Shown here: piece after piece, positions 1 to 11,258 of the stretch
Numbering within the stretch: the stretch's first letter is position 1
Layout: every line of letters begins with the position of its first letter
Source: Nemertoderma westbladi
Lineage: Eukaryota > Animalia > Xenacoelomorpha
Direction of reading: 5' to 3'
Length of the DNA stretch: 64,000 nucleotides
Assembly: GCA_032718475.1 (NCBI GenBank)
Contig: JAUCBJ010000002.1
Span: 27,096 to 91,095 of the forward strand
Made by a program: the position numbers and the translations under genes
The notes under the pieces: generated by a model
Databases searched by the model: none
The model's input: the letters and a program-made list of their open reading frames with translations, nothing else
What the model was told of the DNA's origin: nothing

Positions 1-689
1 GTTGGTCTGATTTCTTTCGAATCACATCTGTCATGAATGTAAGCTGGTGACTCCATCCAGCAGTAAAAGACGATAACCATAAACATTAAACCTGATATTA
101 TAAATGGGAATTGAAAACCCAAAGCTGCAAAAACTGTTGATCCAAAAACCGCTGCTACCATGCTCCCCAGAGTGATAATAATATTTGCCACACTGGCTAA
201 TAAAGTTCTTTGTGTTGGCCATAATTCCATCAATAGACCAAATGAATACATATAACTGATGTTGAGTCCAACAGCTTCGATGATACGAAGTGAAAAACAA
301 GCAAATATATATAATCCATTTCTATTATTAGGAATATATTCCACAAACCCAAATGCTAACTGTGAAACAGCCCCAATAATACCGAATACACCCAAAGAGA
401 TGTGAGTTCCCCAGTTGTTTATAGAATGAGGACAAGTGATGTATATTACAAGTCTTACAGCTGCAAACATAGACAGTAATGCACCAACCAAAGTCTTTGA
501 CCAATCACGTTCTTCAACAACTATTGGGAAGAAGGTCTCTAATAGATTTTGACACCAACCTGGTGTCATTTGATACACCAACAACATGGCGACTAACAGG
601 TAAAGTCTCCAGCCTTTTCGATGGTCAGTTTTATTTACATGATCTTTAATCATTGAACTTGAAGTTATGGGAGCCGTTTCGTCTGTCAT
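1..689 (-). CDS. SLC18B1-like MFS transporter, paralog type 1 (MTDETAP...), N-terminal part, runs off window edge
   Basis: ATG at 689. The frame reads through ...VFAALGFQFPFIISGLMF... to the window edge and lacks the +1 insertion seen in the 31.4-32.7 kb copy. Near-identical to 32043-32732. No introns. Confidence 0.8.
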   Translation of the reverse strand, partial: MTDETAPITSSSMIKDHVNKTDHRKGWRLYLLVAMLLVYQMTPGWCQNLLETFFPIVVEERDWSKTLVGALLSMFAAVRLVIYITCPHSINNWGTHISLGVFGIIGAVSQLAFGFVEYIPNNRNGLYIFACFSLRIIEAVGLNISYMYSFGLLMELWPTQRTLLASVANIIITLGSMVAAVFGSTVFAALGFQFPFIISGLMFMVIVFYCWMESPAYIHDRCDSKEIRP

Positions 690-1852
690 CCTCTATATTC
701 AATTCAACCCAGTGTACGAATAGGCAAGATTGACAAAACAAAAATGTTATGGACACCATACACATTAACTCAGTTATAGATAAGTATGGATGGAAATAAA
801 ATTTTGGATTGACATATATAGCAGTATATATAGTGTCGGGTGTTCCCTAATGATTGCCCCCCCACCCCCCTCCCTCTGATCAGCCAAAACTGCCAGACAT
901 GCACCTTAGTTTAATATATCGTTCGAAAGATAATTTAATTCTGAGCTTGCATGCAAAAATGTAGGGTCCATTACAAAAGTATAACAATTGTATAGGCTGT
1001 TCTTTAAACCTATCTTACTTTTCAATATTTTTGATTTAATCACAATGTATAAACAGTTATTACTGCCTGACTTTTGCTGTATTGCAATTTATTACAGTAT
1101 TCAGTTACCGGTATTAGTGTTTCTTTGGTAATTTTCCTGAATTTACTGAATTTTACTCAGGTCAGGTCAGGTATTCTAGGTCATTGATCAAGAAAACTTG
1201 CCACCTCCATGCAGTATAAAGGAGGTTCTGGTTTCGATGGATTATATACGAGTTGAACCAGGCATATCAAACTTGTATTTTTCGGTGCTGTGTGCAAAAT
1301 TTGGTGCCAGCACGAAATTTTGAAAATCCATTCAATAGTTGAATTGATTGGTTTAAGGGTGTTCTGAATTCAATGGAATATAGAATACCTAATTTTGAAA
1401 CCCGTCAAATATATCAATTGATTGTGTCACCATGTTTCATGCGTTATATGTGTTTGTACTGTACGGGTTGTACACTACTGTAATTGTACATACTTGAAAT
1501 TTTGGTGCTGCAAAATATCCAGCACAGTAAATTTTTTCGCAATTTTTTTTCCATCTCATTCAGACTAGTAAAATTTTCGTACAAACAAAATATAAAGACA
1601 TTTTCGTTAAAACTTGTAGATGGGGATAGAAATTACTGATACATATTACATAATATAATTTGCTAAATTTTTATACTAAACATAATTATTAATGTTGTAT
1701 ACTAATTTAGCTTAAGATTTATTCAAATTATCATTACAATATTATTATGCATATTTTGTTCTCTTACGAGAACAAAGTGTGGACTACATTGTATGTAATT
1801 TAGCAATATTCAATAAGTTTGCGCAAATGTGTGCCCTAACAGCTGTTTACTT

Positions 1853-2163
1853 TAACAAACATGAGTTGCCCTTGTATATTTTGGTTGTGTATTAATTAAC
1901 AAACATGAGTTGCCCTTGTATATTTTGGTTGTGTATTAATTAACAAACATGAGTTGCCCTTGTATATTTTGGTTGTGTATTAATTAACAAACATGAGTTG
2001 CCCTTGTATATTTTGGTTGTGTATTAATTAACAAACATGAGTTGCCCTTGTATATTTTGGTTGTGTATTAATTAACAAACATGAGTTGCCCTTGTATATT
2101 TTGGTTGTGTATTAATTAACAAACATGAGTTGCCCTTGTATATTTTGGTTGTGTATTAATTAA
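1853..2163. repeat. 44-bp minisatellite, 7 copies (2 copies at ~35127-35217 in the paralogous unit)
   Basis: AACAAACATGAGTTGCCCTTGTATATTTTGGTTGTGTATTAATT repeated, with the ATGAG core at 1861, 1905, 1949, 1993, 2037, 2081 and 2125. Confidence 0.95.
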
Positions 2164-2694
2164 AGTTATATATTATTATTTCTTTATTACAAAATGAATC
2201 AAAAGACATTAGTGAAGAAATAGGCTAAATCAATTTGTTTTACAAAACATTTTCGATTCAAACAAGAAATCCGATGCAAAAGACGATGGGAAGGAACACA
2301 ACAATAAAACTATGCATCTGCCGGACTATATGTATGATGTATGTATGTTATTTATATGTAAGTATAATATTTAATGATGTATACAGTAATATTTTCATAT
2401 CGGATCTCATATTTATTAATAATGTTGTTTTCCATATGGTCTATCTTACGTTTTGGCATCAGTAATTAGATAATTGTAGAACAGTAACAACCATATGCTA
2501 TGAATAATTTTAAAGATACAATTTATTCCATAAACTGATTTGTACAAAAGGATAATAATTGTACAAATGATATATTTCTTCAATAATAATAAAAATAAAT
2601 AAACCAGCTTTGTTATTATATTAACAAAATAGTAAGAAGTAATTAATGCACTACCTGAACAATTATTCCAAAATGTTCACATTGCAGGTACTTT

Positions 2695-3469
2695 CCGCCA
2701 TTGCATTAGTAACTTTTACAACATTGCGCATTTGCTACACATTTGTGGGGCGAGACACGTAGTCGGCGAGCCTTGGCATACGGTTCATATTGGGCAAATT
2801 AGCGCATATCTGCCCGTCCGTCCGTCTGTCTGTCTGTCTGGTAAATGTTTGAACACGAATTTCTCGGCATCGCTGTTTTAGAATTGATCCAAACTTAGTA
2901 GGGAAGTTTAGAGGGAAATTTTAGAAAATGTGTATTCTTGTATATGTTTTACACTTTATAGCAATTGATAAAAAACCAAGAAGAACTCATAGAGCACACC
3001 TATATATAACTGTATAAAGTGAAACTTGGTCAAAGATGTGACAGTCTGTCAGTCGGCACCGGTAGTTTCAGTCTTTTGATTAAAACCGCAAATTAGTCGG
3101 GCAATCACAAATTAAATTAGTACACAAATGGAAAAAATGAGAAAGCATGTCACCGGGGGTTGAACCAGCACTTTGCTTACGTTTCGGCCTATCAGGCCTC
3201 ATCACCAGTGCATTGAAAAGGCTGTCTTAAATTGCATACATCCATCTCTAACAGCGGACCAAACTGCCTCAATCATGTTAGGGTGAAATAGGGGAAAGTG
3301 GCGGAACTTGTTAGCGATAGTGATGAGCCCTTATAGGCCGTAACGTACATATAGCGCTGGTCCAACCCCCGGTGACGGACGTCCTTTCTCTTTTTTTCCA
3401 TTTCTGAACAAAACCGTTACATTACATCATTAATTATTACAGTTGCAGTAACAGCTCAACTCCAATTTA
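2695..3469. repeat. ~770-bp non-coding interspersed repeat with (GTCY)n microsatellite and internal inverted repeat carrying hammerhead-like cores; copies at ~4958-5716 and ~35778-36655
   Basis: Three near-identical copies. CCGTCCGTCTGTCTG tract. Inverted arms at ~3126-3206 and 3320-3403. Confidence 0.7.
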
Positions 3470-4703
3470 TTAGGAGCCCGCTTGACAGCGGGATACTTAC
3501 TGTAAGAATCTCAGGGATACTTTCTGTAAAAATCTCAGGATACATTACACTGACTGACTGACTGACATACTGACTGATAATTATCTAGGTTAAGGCACTT
3601 CCTGCCTGGCGATTTTGATGAAATATTGCAAGTACATTAGGAGCCCGCTTGACAGCGGGATACTTACTGTAAGAATCTCAGGGATACTTTCTGTAAAAAT
3701 CTCAGGATATATTACACTGACTGACTGACTGACATACTGACTGATAATTATCTAGGTTAAGGCACTTCCTGCCTGGCGATTTTGATGAAATATTGCAAGT
3801 ACATTGCTTTGGTGGTTCATAATCGCGTTACAAAATTTCAGATCGATTCTATGTGTGGTATTCAATATATTTAGTTTTTTGACATTGTTTTGTCGCGAAA
3901 TTAAAAGCAATGGTAAAATAACAGCTGGTGTTCATGATGAAATATGGCTTAATATGTTATACACAGTCATAGAAAAACGTGTTGGTTGCCAAGTTTTACT
4001 AGTAGGCTATAAGGAAAGGCAATGTTTACTCACACATAAGCTGTTGGTTTCTAATGTATTACCCCATAAGCTGATTGCTCTCCCAGTGCTTCCTAAGGGT
4101 ATATCTACAATAAGGTTACTCACTCTGCTATGTTAGGGGGTGGATCAGGAGAATTAATTTTAGTTACACAAAGCAGTGTGTTGTGTCCTATTGCAGTCGA
4201 TACTCACTGTGGATTGCAAAATGTTTTATAGTTGACCTACACTATAATACAGTAGTTGCATGTATTTAAGGAGCCCGCTCTGGCCTACCGCCTACGGAGT
4301 ACCTATATTACATATTCACATAGAATTCACTGGGAAGAGATATTCCGCTTGACGACGGGGTAATTAATACCTATAGAAGGAAACTAAATTTGTTATTTGG
4401 CTCTATTCGTTGTTATTTATCTGGTTGTGCATCATGGGGATTTTTTATAAATATTCGGTAATCGCATCTTATATCTTGTAAACGTTCTTGATAATGAAAT
4501 TATTTGCTTCATATTATATTTTTGTTAGTGGTAGCTAAGTTGCATTTTTTATTATGTGGGGCGAGCCACAAAGTCAGCTAGCCTCACGCCTTGCAGTTTA
4601 GACAATTTTAGTTTACTTTCTGCTGACTGACATAGTTCTTTGTAATAGTCTTGGCTAGGATTTTTCCCCCGGGCTCCTTCCAGCCAGCTTGCTGGCTTTC
4701 TAG
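3470..4703 (+). mobile_element. Non-autonomous Helentron/Helitron-type (HINE/DINE-1-like) insertion
   Basis: Absent from the paralogous site (AATTTA|TTTAATT at ~36651-36663) with no TSD. Subterminal inverted repeat AGGAGCCCG/CGGGCTCCT, 5' palindrome CCCGCT-TGAC-AGCGGG, (CTGA)n tract, 3' hairpin AGCCAGC-TT-GCTGGCT followed by CTAG. Internal 167-bp tandem duplication at 3471-3805. Confidence 0.65.
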
Positions 4704-5964
4704 TTTAATTAATGTTTAATATTTTAGTGTATAAGAAAACTAAATACTTACATACATAGTAAATATAAACATATATTATTGTAGTCCAGTCAGAATAATT
4801 CGATAAAGGATCAACCTCGGACAAATTGCAACAGAAATTAATTTAATATAAGCTTCTACCCTTGCGACCTTGCTCGACTGAATTCCCTTGATCACCTGAC
4901 CACTGGCTGCTAACTTGATGTTCTTCGCTAAAACTAATCAATGCGCAGTTGCGCAGTTCCGCCATTGCATTAGTAACTTTTACAACATTGCGCATTTGCT
5001 ACACATTTGTGGGGCGAGACACGTAGTCGGCGAGCCTTGGCATACGGTTCATATTGGGCAAATCAGCGCATATCTGCCCGTCCGTCCGTCTGTCTGTCTG
5101 TCTGTCTGTCTGTCTGGTAAATGTTTGAACACGAATTTCTCGGCATCGCTGTTTTAGAATTGATCCAAACTTAGTAGGGAAGTTTAGAGGGAAATTTTAG
5201 AAAATGTGTATTCTTGTATATGTTTTACAGTTTATAGCAATTGATAAAAAACCAATCATAGAGCACACCTATATATAACTGTATAAAGTGAAACTTGGTT
5301 AAAGATGTTAAGTCGGTAGTTTCAGTCTTTTGATTAAAACCGCAAATTAGTCGGGCAATCACAAATTAAATTAGTACACAAATGGACAAAATGAGAAAGC
5401 ATGTCACCGAGGGTTCAACCAGCACTTTGCTTACGTTTCGGCCTATCAGGCCTCATCACCAGTGCATTGAAAAGGCAGTCTTATATTGCATACATCCTAT
5501 CTCTAACAGCGGACCAAACGGCCTCAAGCATGTTAGGGTGAAATAGGGGAAAGTGGCGGAACTTGTTAGCGATAGTGATGAGCCCTTATAGGCCGAAACG
5601 TACATATAGCGCTGGTCCAACCCAGGTGACGTCCTTTCTCATTTTTCCCATTGCTGAACAAAACCATAATATTACACCATTATTAATTACAGTTGCAGTA
5701 ACAGCTCAACTCCAATATATTTAATTAATGTTTAATATTTTAGTGTATAAGAAAATTAAATACTTACATACATACTGTAGTAAATATAAACATATATTAT
5801 TGTAGTCCAGTCAGAATAATTCGATAAAGGATCAACCTCGGACAAATTGCAATATAAATTAATTTAATATAAGCTTCTACCCTCGCGACCTTGCTCGACT
5901 GAATTCCCTTGATCAACTGACCACTGGCTGCTGACTTGATGTTCTTCGCTAAAACTAATCAATG

Positions 5965-6285
5965 CGCTGTTTAGAATTGCCATCGCCATTCGCCTTGGAG
6001 AAAAGGTGGTAGACCTGCACCTGCAACTTTTGGGGCAGTCCGGTAGCTTCCAGTGGTCTACATGGATGAGCACAGGCCAGTTCCCTCGCCACACCATGGT
6101 TAATGATAATGTGAGGCGGGCATCAGTCAGCTGTGGGGTTACCTCCATTCTAGAACCATCAGGACTCTGCGGCAACGATGGAAAGCGTGTAGACAGGGTG
6201 ACACTCATGCCTTGGTCCCAGAGTCGAACGCTAACATGTGATGCTACAGTGGTTGACCCCCTTGTCACCGCCAACAGACCCTAAT
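5965..6285 (+). pseudogene. Fragment of RLE-type non-LTR retrotransposon (CRE/R2-superclade) C-terminal restriction-like endonuclease
   Basis: Degenerate FRIAIAIRLG...RH..VND...LEPSGL...DGKRVD.VTLMPW....LTCDATVVD resembles the RLE motif GKRPDGxTLxPWxxGxxLxWDxTxxD. Confidence 0.6.
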
Positions 6286-7059
6286 TGCATGCGATTGTGC
6301 TGCAGATGGAGCCGAGCAGAGGAAGAACATTGCATTAGAGACCTTTGGCACGCCCCGGTCCAGTGAAGTCCTCCTTCCTCCAGGAAAACGGGTCCTGGTC
6401 TCCACACCGTGACACATGAGCCGCGCTCCCACAGGTTCCTACTACAGCGCATCGTCATGGCCATTCTGGTGGGGAACGCGGAGTCTGTCCTGGTGACTGC
6501 CGACCCATCCCCAGGTAGACTCTTTGGGGATTAGTCTCTTGTAGACTCTTGTATGTATGTTTCTATGTTGACAGTGATTGTGACAGTGTATATTTTATAA
6601 ACATGTATGATTTAGATTAAAAAATTTCCCCTTAACCTAATATACATATGATTTAATATTTCTAGGTCCAAATGTAATGCTTATAGATATTTCCAAAATC
6701 GGCCACAATCGGATTGTTGGAACTTGGTTAAAAGCCTATTTCAACAAAGCAACATTAAGTCATATATAAATCACCACTTTCCAATGTTCATACGGAATTC
6801 TAACTTAGAACTACCCCACCCAAATCACTACCTATCGGGGAATTCGATTGGGTATTTCTATTGAAACCCAGTTACTAAGGCAACTGTGAGAAATACATGT
6901 CAAACTTAGCTGTAGAGTAAATTTAAGTAATTTAGGAAACCAATCCTATTAAGTGCCCTATATGTTGCAAAATGAGGTAACATTGGATTATAATAATATC
7001 TATAAGAACAATTTATTTTTTGCAGTTGCAGTGAAATGGAATATCACTACTTGGCTTGT

Positions 7060-8690
7060 AACATTGGTAAATATTCACACTTACTGTGGTCTCTCGAGCA
7101 AAGTGATACGAAAGAGTACGCAGACAGCGTAAAGAGATTATTAGGTGATATTCTTAATAAAACAGCAACTGTTAATTTAATGAGTTGCAAGCAGCCTCAC
7201 TGTCAGTCTCATCGTTCTGACATTGATGATCTCTATGTGGAGATAATTAATGCGTTGCAACAGTCTAGCGATCAGTTTATAAAAAAGTCTCAAATTAATT
7301 TTTCTGAAAAAATCGTCACATTCCAGGATGTTAAGGAAAAATACGGCCAATCACGGTCCGCTTTTAAGCTGTGGTGGTGCAGCGTCGTTTCGCCCTGACA
7401 AGGTGCTGTATATAAAGAATATTTAAGCTGCAAGGCTAGTTTTAAGCTAGCTATGAGGCAGTGTAAAAAAGATCAAACAACGATTGAAAATAATAAAATG
7501 GCAGAAGGTATCCTTTCTGGCATTTCAAGTAAAAATTTTTGGTCTGAAGTTCGCAGCCGTACGAACACGCAAACGCCTTTCCCTAATAAAGTGGGAGATT
7601 GCTGTGGGGCGCCAAAGATCTGCAAAATATGGAATACCACTTTGAGGATCTTTATAATTGTGTGGGCGATGACAGTGACAGTGGGGCTGTCAATATTCGT
7701 TTGAATAACACCGCAAAGTTTGGGTATGTCCCCGTTACATATAAAGCAGATCTCAGACTCAATTTTTAGTTTATCTATTGGTAAAGCAAGTGGGCCAGAC
7801 AATATTAGAGCTGAACATTTATTGTACGGGTATGGTTACATCTTAGTAGCTGCTCTATGTATTTTATTTAGTGCAATTAAATTACATAGTTATATGCCAT
7901 CAGCAATGATGGACTCTACCATAATACCACTTGTTAAGGATAGGACTGGTGACCTTGCCAGTAAGGACAACTACCGAGGCATTGCCCATTCCACGGTTCT
8001 TAGTAAGCTTCTTGAAAATATTATTCTGGAATACATATAATTTTTTGTAACCACTTTTTATAAACAGTTTGGCTTTAAAACCAAATCTGGTACAGAAACA
8101 TGTATTTACACACTAAAAGAAATAGTCAATTATTATCTCACGCAGAATTCCTGTGTTTACGTTTGTATGATTGATGCTTCCAAAGCATTTGACCGCACCA
8201 ACCATTATAATCTTTTCAAGAAGTTTCTCGAACGTGGCACACCTATTTATATAGTTAATTTAATAAAGTACTGGTATCGTAATCAATCTTTACGTCGCCT
8301 TTGGGATGGGGTGCTTTCTGCTTCATTCCAGGTTAGAAACGGTACAAGACAGGGTGGGATCTTATCACCCATATTCTATAGTGTGTACATTGATGGTCTT
8401 AGTATAGCTTTGACGGAAAGCGGTGTAGGTTGTATGATTGATTCTATTAGAATCAACCATCTTCTTTATGCCGACGACCTGTGCTTACTATCAAATTCAA
8501 TTTTTGGTTTACAAAAACTAGTCGATATTTCTGTGAATTATGCAAATAAAAATTCAATTATTTTCAATGTCAAAAAAAACAAAATGTATTTATTTTATCT
8601 CAAAAAGTTGTTCTCTTTCATGTCTGCCTAAAATTACACTTTATAATAAAACAATTCCTATTGTGGACTCTTTTAATTATCTTGGTCATA
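7060..8690 (+). pseudogene. Degenerate LINE (L2/Crack/Daphne-like) reverse transcriptase
   Basis: GKASGPDNIRAEHL, IIPLVKD..GD...DNYRGIA, IDASKAFD, GTRQGGILSP and HLLYADD motifs, broken by stops and frameshifts. Confidence 0.85.
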
Positions 8691-8819
8691 TTAAGACCAA
8701 GCCTTCGGATCGCCTCTAGCTTAGGCCGACTGTTTGCTTGCTTTTACAGCAATGGGCAGACCCATGGTACACAAGGGAGAACCCAGGAAGTCTACTACCC
8801 CAGGAGGTGGTCATTGAGG

Positions 8820-9108
8820 ATAACCAGATGATAGCGCGAGGATATAATGCGACCAAAAAGCTGCTCGATGAGCCGATGAGAACTGTTAAGGTCTACTGAT
8901 CAAAACTCCTAACCAAGGTGGGTCTTTATAACAAACATTATGAGTATTTGGCTCGATTTGGCCAATGGGAACTGGTGGATAAATTAACGCGGGAGGTCAC
9001 CGCAAATATGTTTGAACTTAGACAGCATAGGATTATTATTTTTGATAAGGTGTACATAGGGCCCTATGGGGTCGATATGAAAGGGATAAAATTAACAGAT
9101 AAGGCCAG
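8820..9108 (+). pseudogene. BEL/Pao gag remnant (truncated by a ~1.2-kb deletion relative to the paralogous copy)
   Basis: KVYIGPYGVDMKGIKL resembles BEL-2 gag VVYIGPYLIDARGIKL. The junction at ~9109 joins sequences found at ~40018 and ~41243. Confidence 0.6.
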
Positions 9109-9484
9109 TTTTTGCAGTTTTATATATAACATGTCCAAGGACATGTCATATATAAAACTGCAAAATGTGTTACTCTGTAAGATCTGAATAATTCTGCAGT
9201 CTGCTGTCTGACTTCTGATAGGCCTAAGGCCTGCCTTTCTTTTAAATTAATGCTTGGTATTGCCTTTAATTGCCTTAACTCTGTAAATTGCCTTTTCTGC
9301 TTCTGATAAACTAAACATATACCATGTGCAGTAATGCCTAAGTCTGACACTTGGCTGCAGGAGGAACAGGAACCTGGTCAGGGTCTATGAATAATTCAAA
9401 AGAAACCAAGAGTCGTGGTAGTGGAAATTCAGATGGAGAAATATCAACCATAGCATTGGTAGGTAGACATTGTTGAAATGGTTA

Positions 9485-11093
9485 TGTTGCCGTTATCCCA
9501 ACACCAGGGGGGAAAAACGCCGATGCTGGAGACGTGACTTTACAGACCACTGAGCCCCGGCCAGTCACCGGATATTGATTTTGGAGAAGGAATGATTTCT
9601 GAGATGCAGGGTTGCGGTTGAGAAAAAGCTGCATTAGTTGGATATACTCTTTAATGTAACTGAACTCTGTTGAACCTTGTTAACAATATTGAACCCTGAT
9701 AAGAATAATTTTGGGCTTCCCCAAATCAATATACACCAAATATTCACAATAATTATACACGATAATATAAATCCCTACAGTATATTATTTAATTACCCAC
9801 TGTTCGCTCAGATTTTAGCCTACCTAATGTTCCCCAGATTTTCCCTCGGTCCTAGTCTTAGTGCCGTAGTGTCGGTGTCGGTCGACCCTGTCGCGTGTCC
9901 ATTCCACCCCTCACAAACCCCGAAGGGAACGATCATCGAGAACCAGCACGGCTTGGCTAAGGGTCGGTCCAGTTGGTAGACTCTGTCGCGTATCCGTACC
10001 ACCCCTCTCGAACCCCGAAGGGTTCGGTCATCGAGAACCAGTACGGCTTGGCTAGGAGTCTGTCGTGTCGGTGGACCCGTTCGCGTGTCCGTTCCACCCC
10101 TCACGAACCCCGAAGGGTTCGATCATCGAGAACCAGAACGGCTTGGCTAGGGGTCCGTCGTTTCATCACAGAAACCCAACCACCTAGGCTTTCCGAGTCC
10201 CTTTCAGGCTCGTAGTCGCTTCGGCAGCCGAGAAACTGCTCCGAACAGTCGGTAGGCCAGTAGAGTCTAGTCGAGTCTAGTCCTTTGTCTTTCGACCCCA
10301 TCGCGTGTCCGTTCCACCCCTCACGAACCCCGAAGGGAACGATCATCGAGAACCAGTACGGCTTGGCTAAGGGGTCTGTCGTCGGTTCCCGTCGCAAATC
10401 CCAGTACAAGCAGTCAGCGTTCCGAGTTCTTTTCAGTCTCGTAGTAGCTGCCGTTGACCAGAGACCGCTAAGGGCAGTTCTCGTCAAACCCGTCCTGTGG
10501 CCAGCCCTTTCGCATGTCCGTCCCACCCCTCGCGAACCCCGAAGGGATCGGTCATCGAGAACCAGTACGGCTTAGCTCAGGGGGCAGTCGTTAGTTGGCC
10601 ACCCGTTCGCATGTCCGCTCCACCCCTCACGAACCCCGAAGGGAACGATCATCGAGAACCAGAACGGCTTGGCTACTAAGGGGCCGTCGTTTCCCGTCGC
10701 AAATCCCTGACACAAGCAGTCAGCGGTCCGAGTTCTTTTCAGTCTCGTAATGGCTGCTGTTGGCCAGGGACCGCTAAGGGCAGTCCTTGTCCTTTAGGCC
10801 TGGCGCATTACCAAATCCACCCCTACAGGCAGCAGGAAGTTGGCCAGGGCCTAATAGTACTCAGGCTAACCTGAATACTGCTTGCATTTTCCATCCCCCC
10901 CTGGCCCTTATAACTATGAAATTATTCCCGTACCCTGTAAGTTGCCCCAAAGTTCGCCCATAAATCGCCCCCAGTTTATTGAATGTGCCCAAAACCCATG
11001 GTCCCGCACCCAGTAGTAATATCGGAATAATCAATTTTAAATAAATACAAAAATATTCAACTCGCATTATGGAAAGTTGAAATACCGCGAACA
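9485..11093 (-). repeat. BEL-1 3' LTR (1609 bp)
   Basis: About 99.4% identical to 22475-24084 (about 8 substitutions and 1 indel by eye). TGTT...AACA ends. Confidence 0.97.
9883..10685 (-). ncRNA. Array of six ~83-nt kink-turn/UUCG hairpin motifs in the BEL-1 3' LTR
   Basis: Units at 9883-9966, 9978-10061, 10073-10156, 10294-10376, 10504-10585 and 10597-10685. Sense RNA reads UCUC-GAU-GA-Y-CGWWCCC-UUCG-GGGUUYG-N-GA-GGGG. Closing stems covary. Confidence 0.65.
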
Positions 11094-11102
11094 GTTCCCC
11101 CC
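11094..11102 (-). promoter_or_regulatory. Polypurine tract of BEL-1
   Basis: GGGGGGAAC immediately precedes the 3' LTR on the minus strand. Confidence 0.75.
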
Positions 11103-11258
11103 AATGACCTTCGTGAAGTCTGTCGGTCGATTGAGTTTGCGTAGGTCATTCCCAATATAAAAAACCCAAATTTAATATTGCATAGTTTTTAATTAATTTG
11201 GCCTAGAGTTTGTATAAAAATAAATGTTCGATAAATGTTCCTGGAATATCCCGATCCA

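Noticed and set aside
9883-10685. LTR repeats as hammerhead ribozymes, canonical SECIS elements or box C/D snoRNAs
   Set aside because: The core is CGAUGA with no GAAA partner. There is no apical AA motif and the helix is too short for SECIS. There are no guide regions or complete C/D boxes.
9883-10790. CRISPR-like repeat/spacer appearance of the LTR array, with 'spacers' matching gag and ORF3
   Set aside because: The context is a eukaryotic LTR with no cas genes. Repeats are ~75-85 nt with irregular spacing. The matching segments are one recurring hairpin motif rather than unique acquired spacers.
9677-11067. Short ORFs inside the LTRs
   Set aside because: They are by-products of GC-rich repeats. 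Conservation fits RNA structure, not codons.
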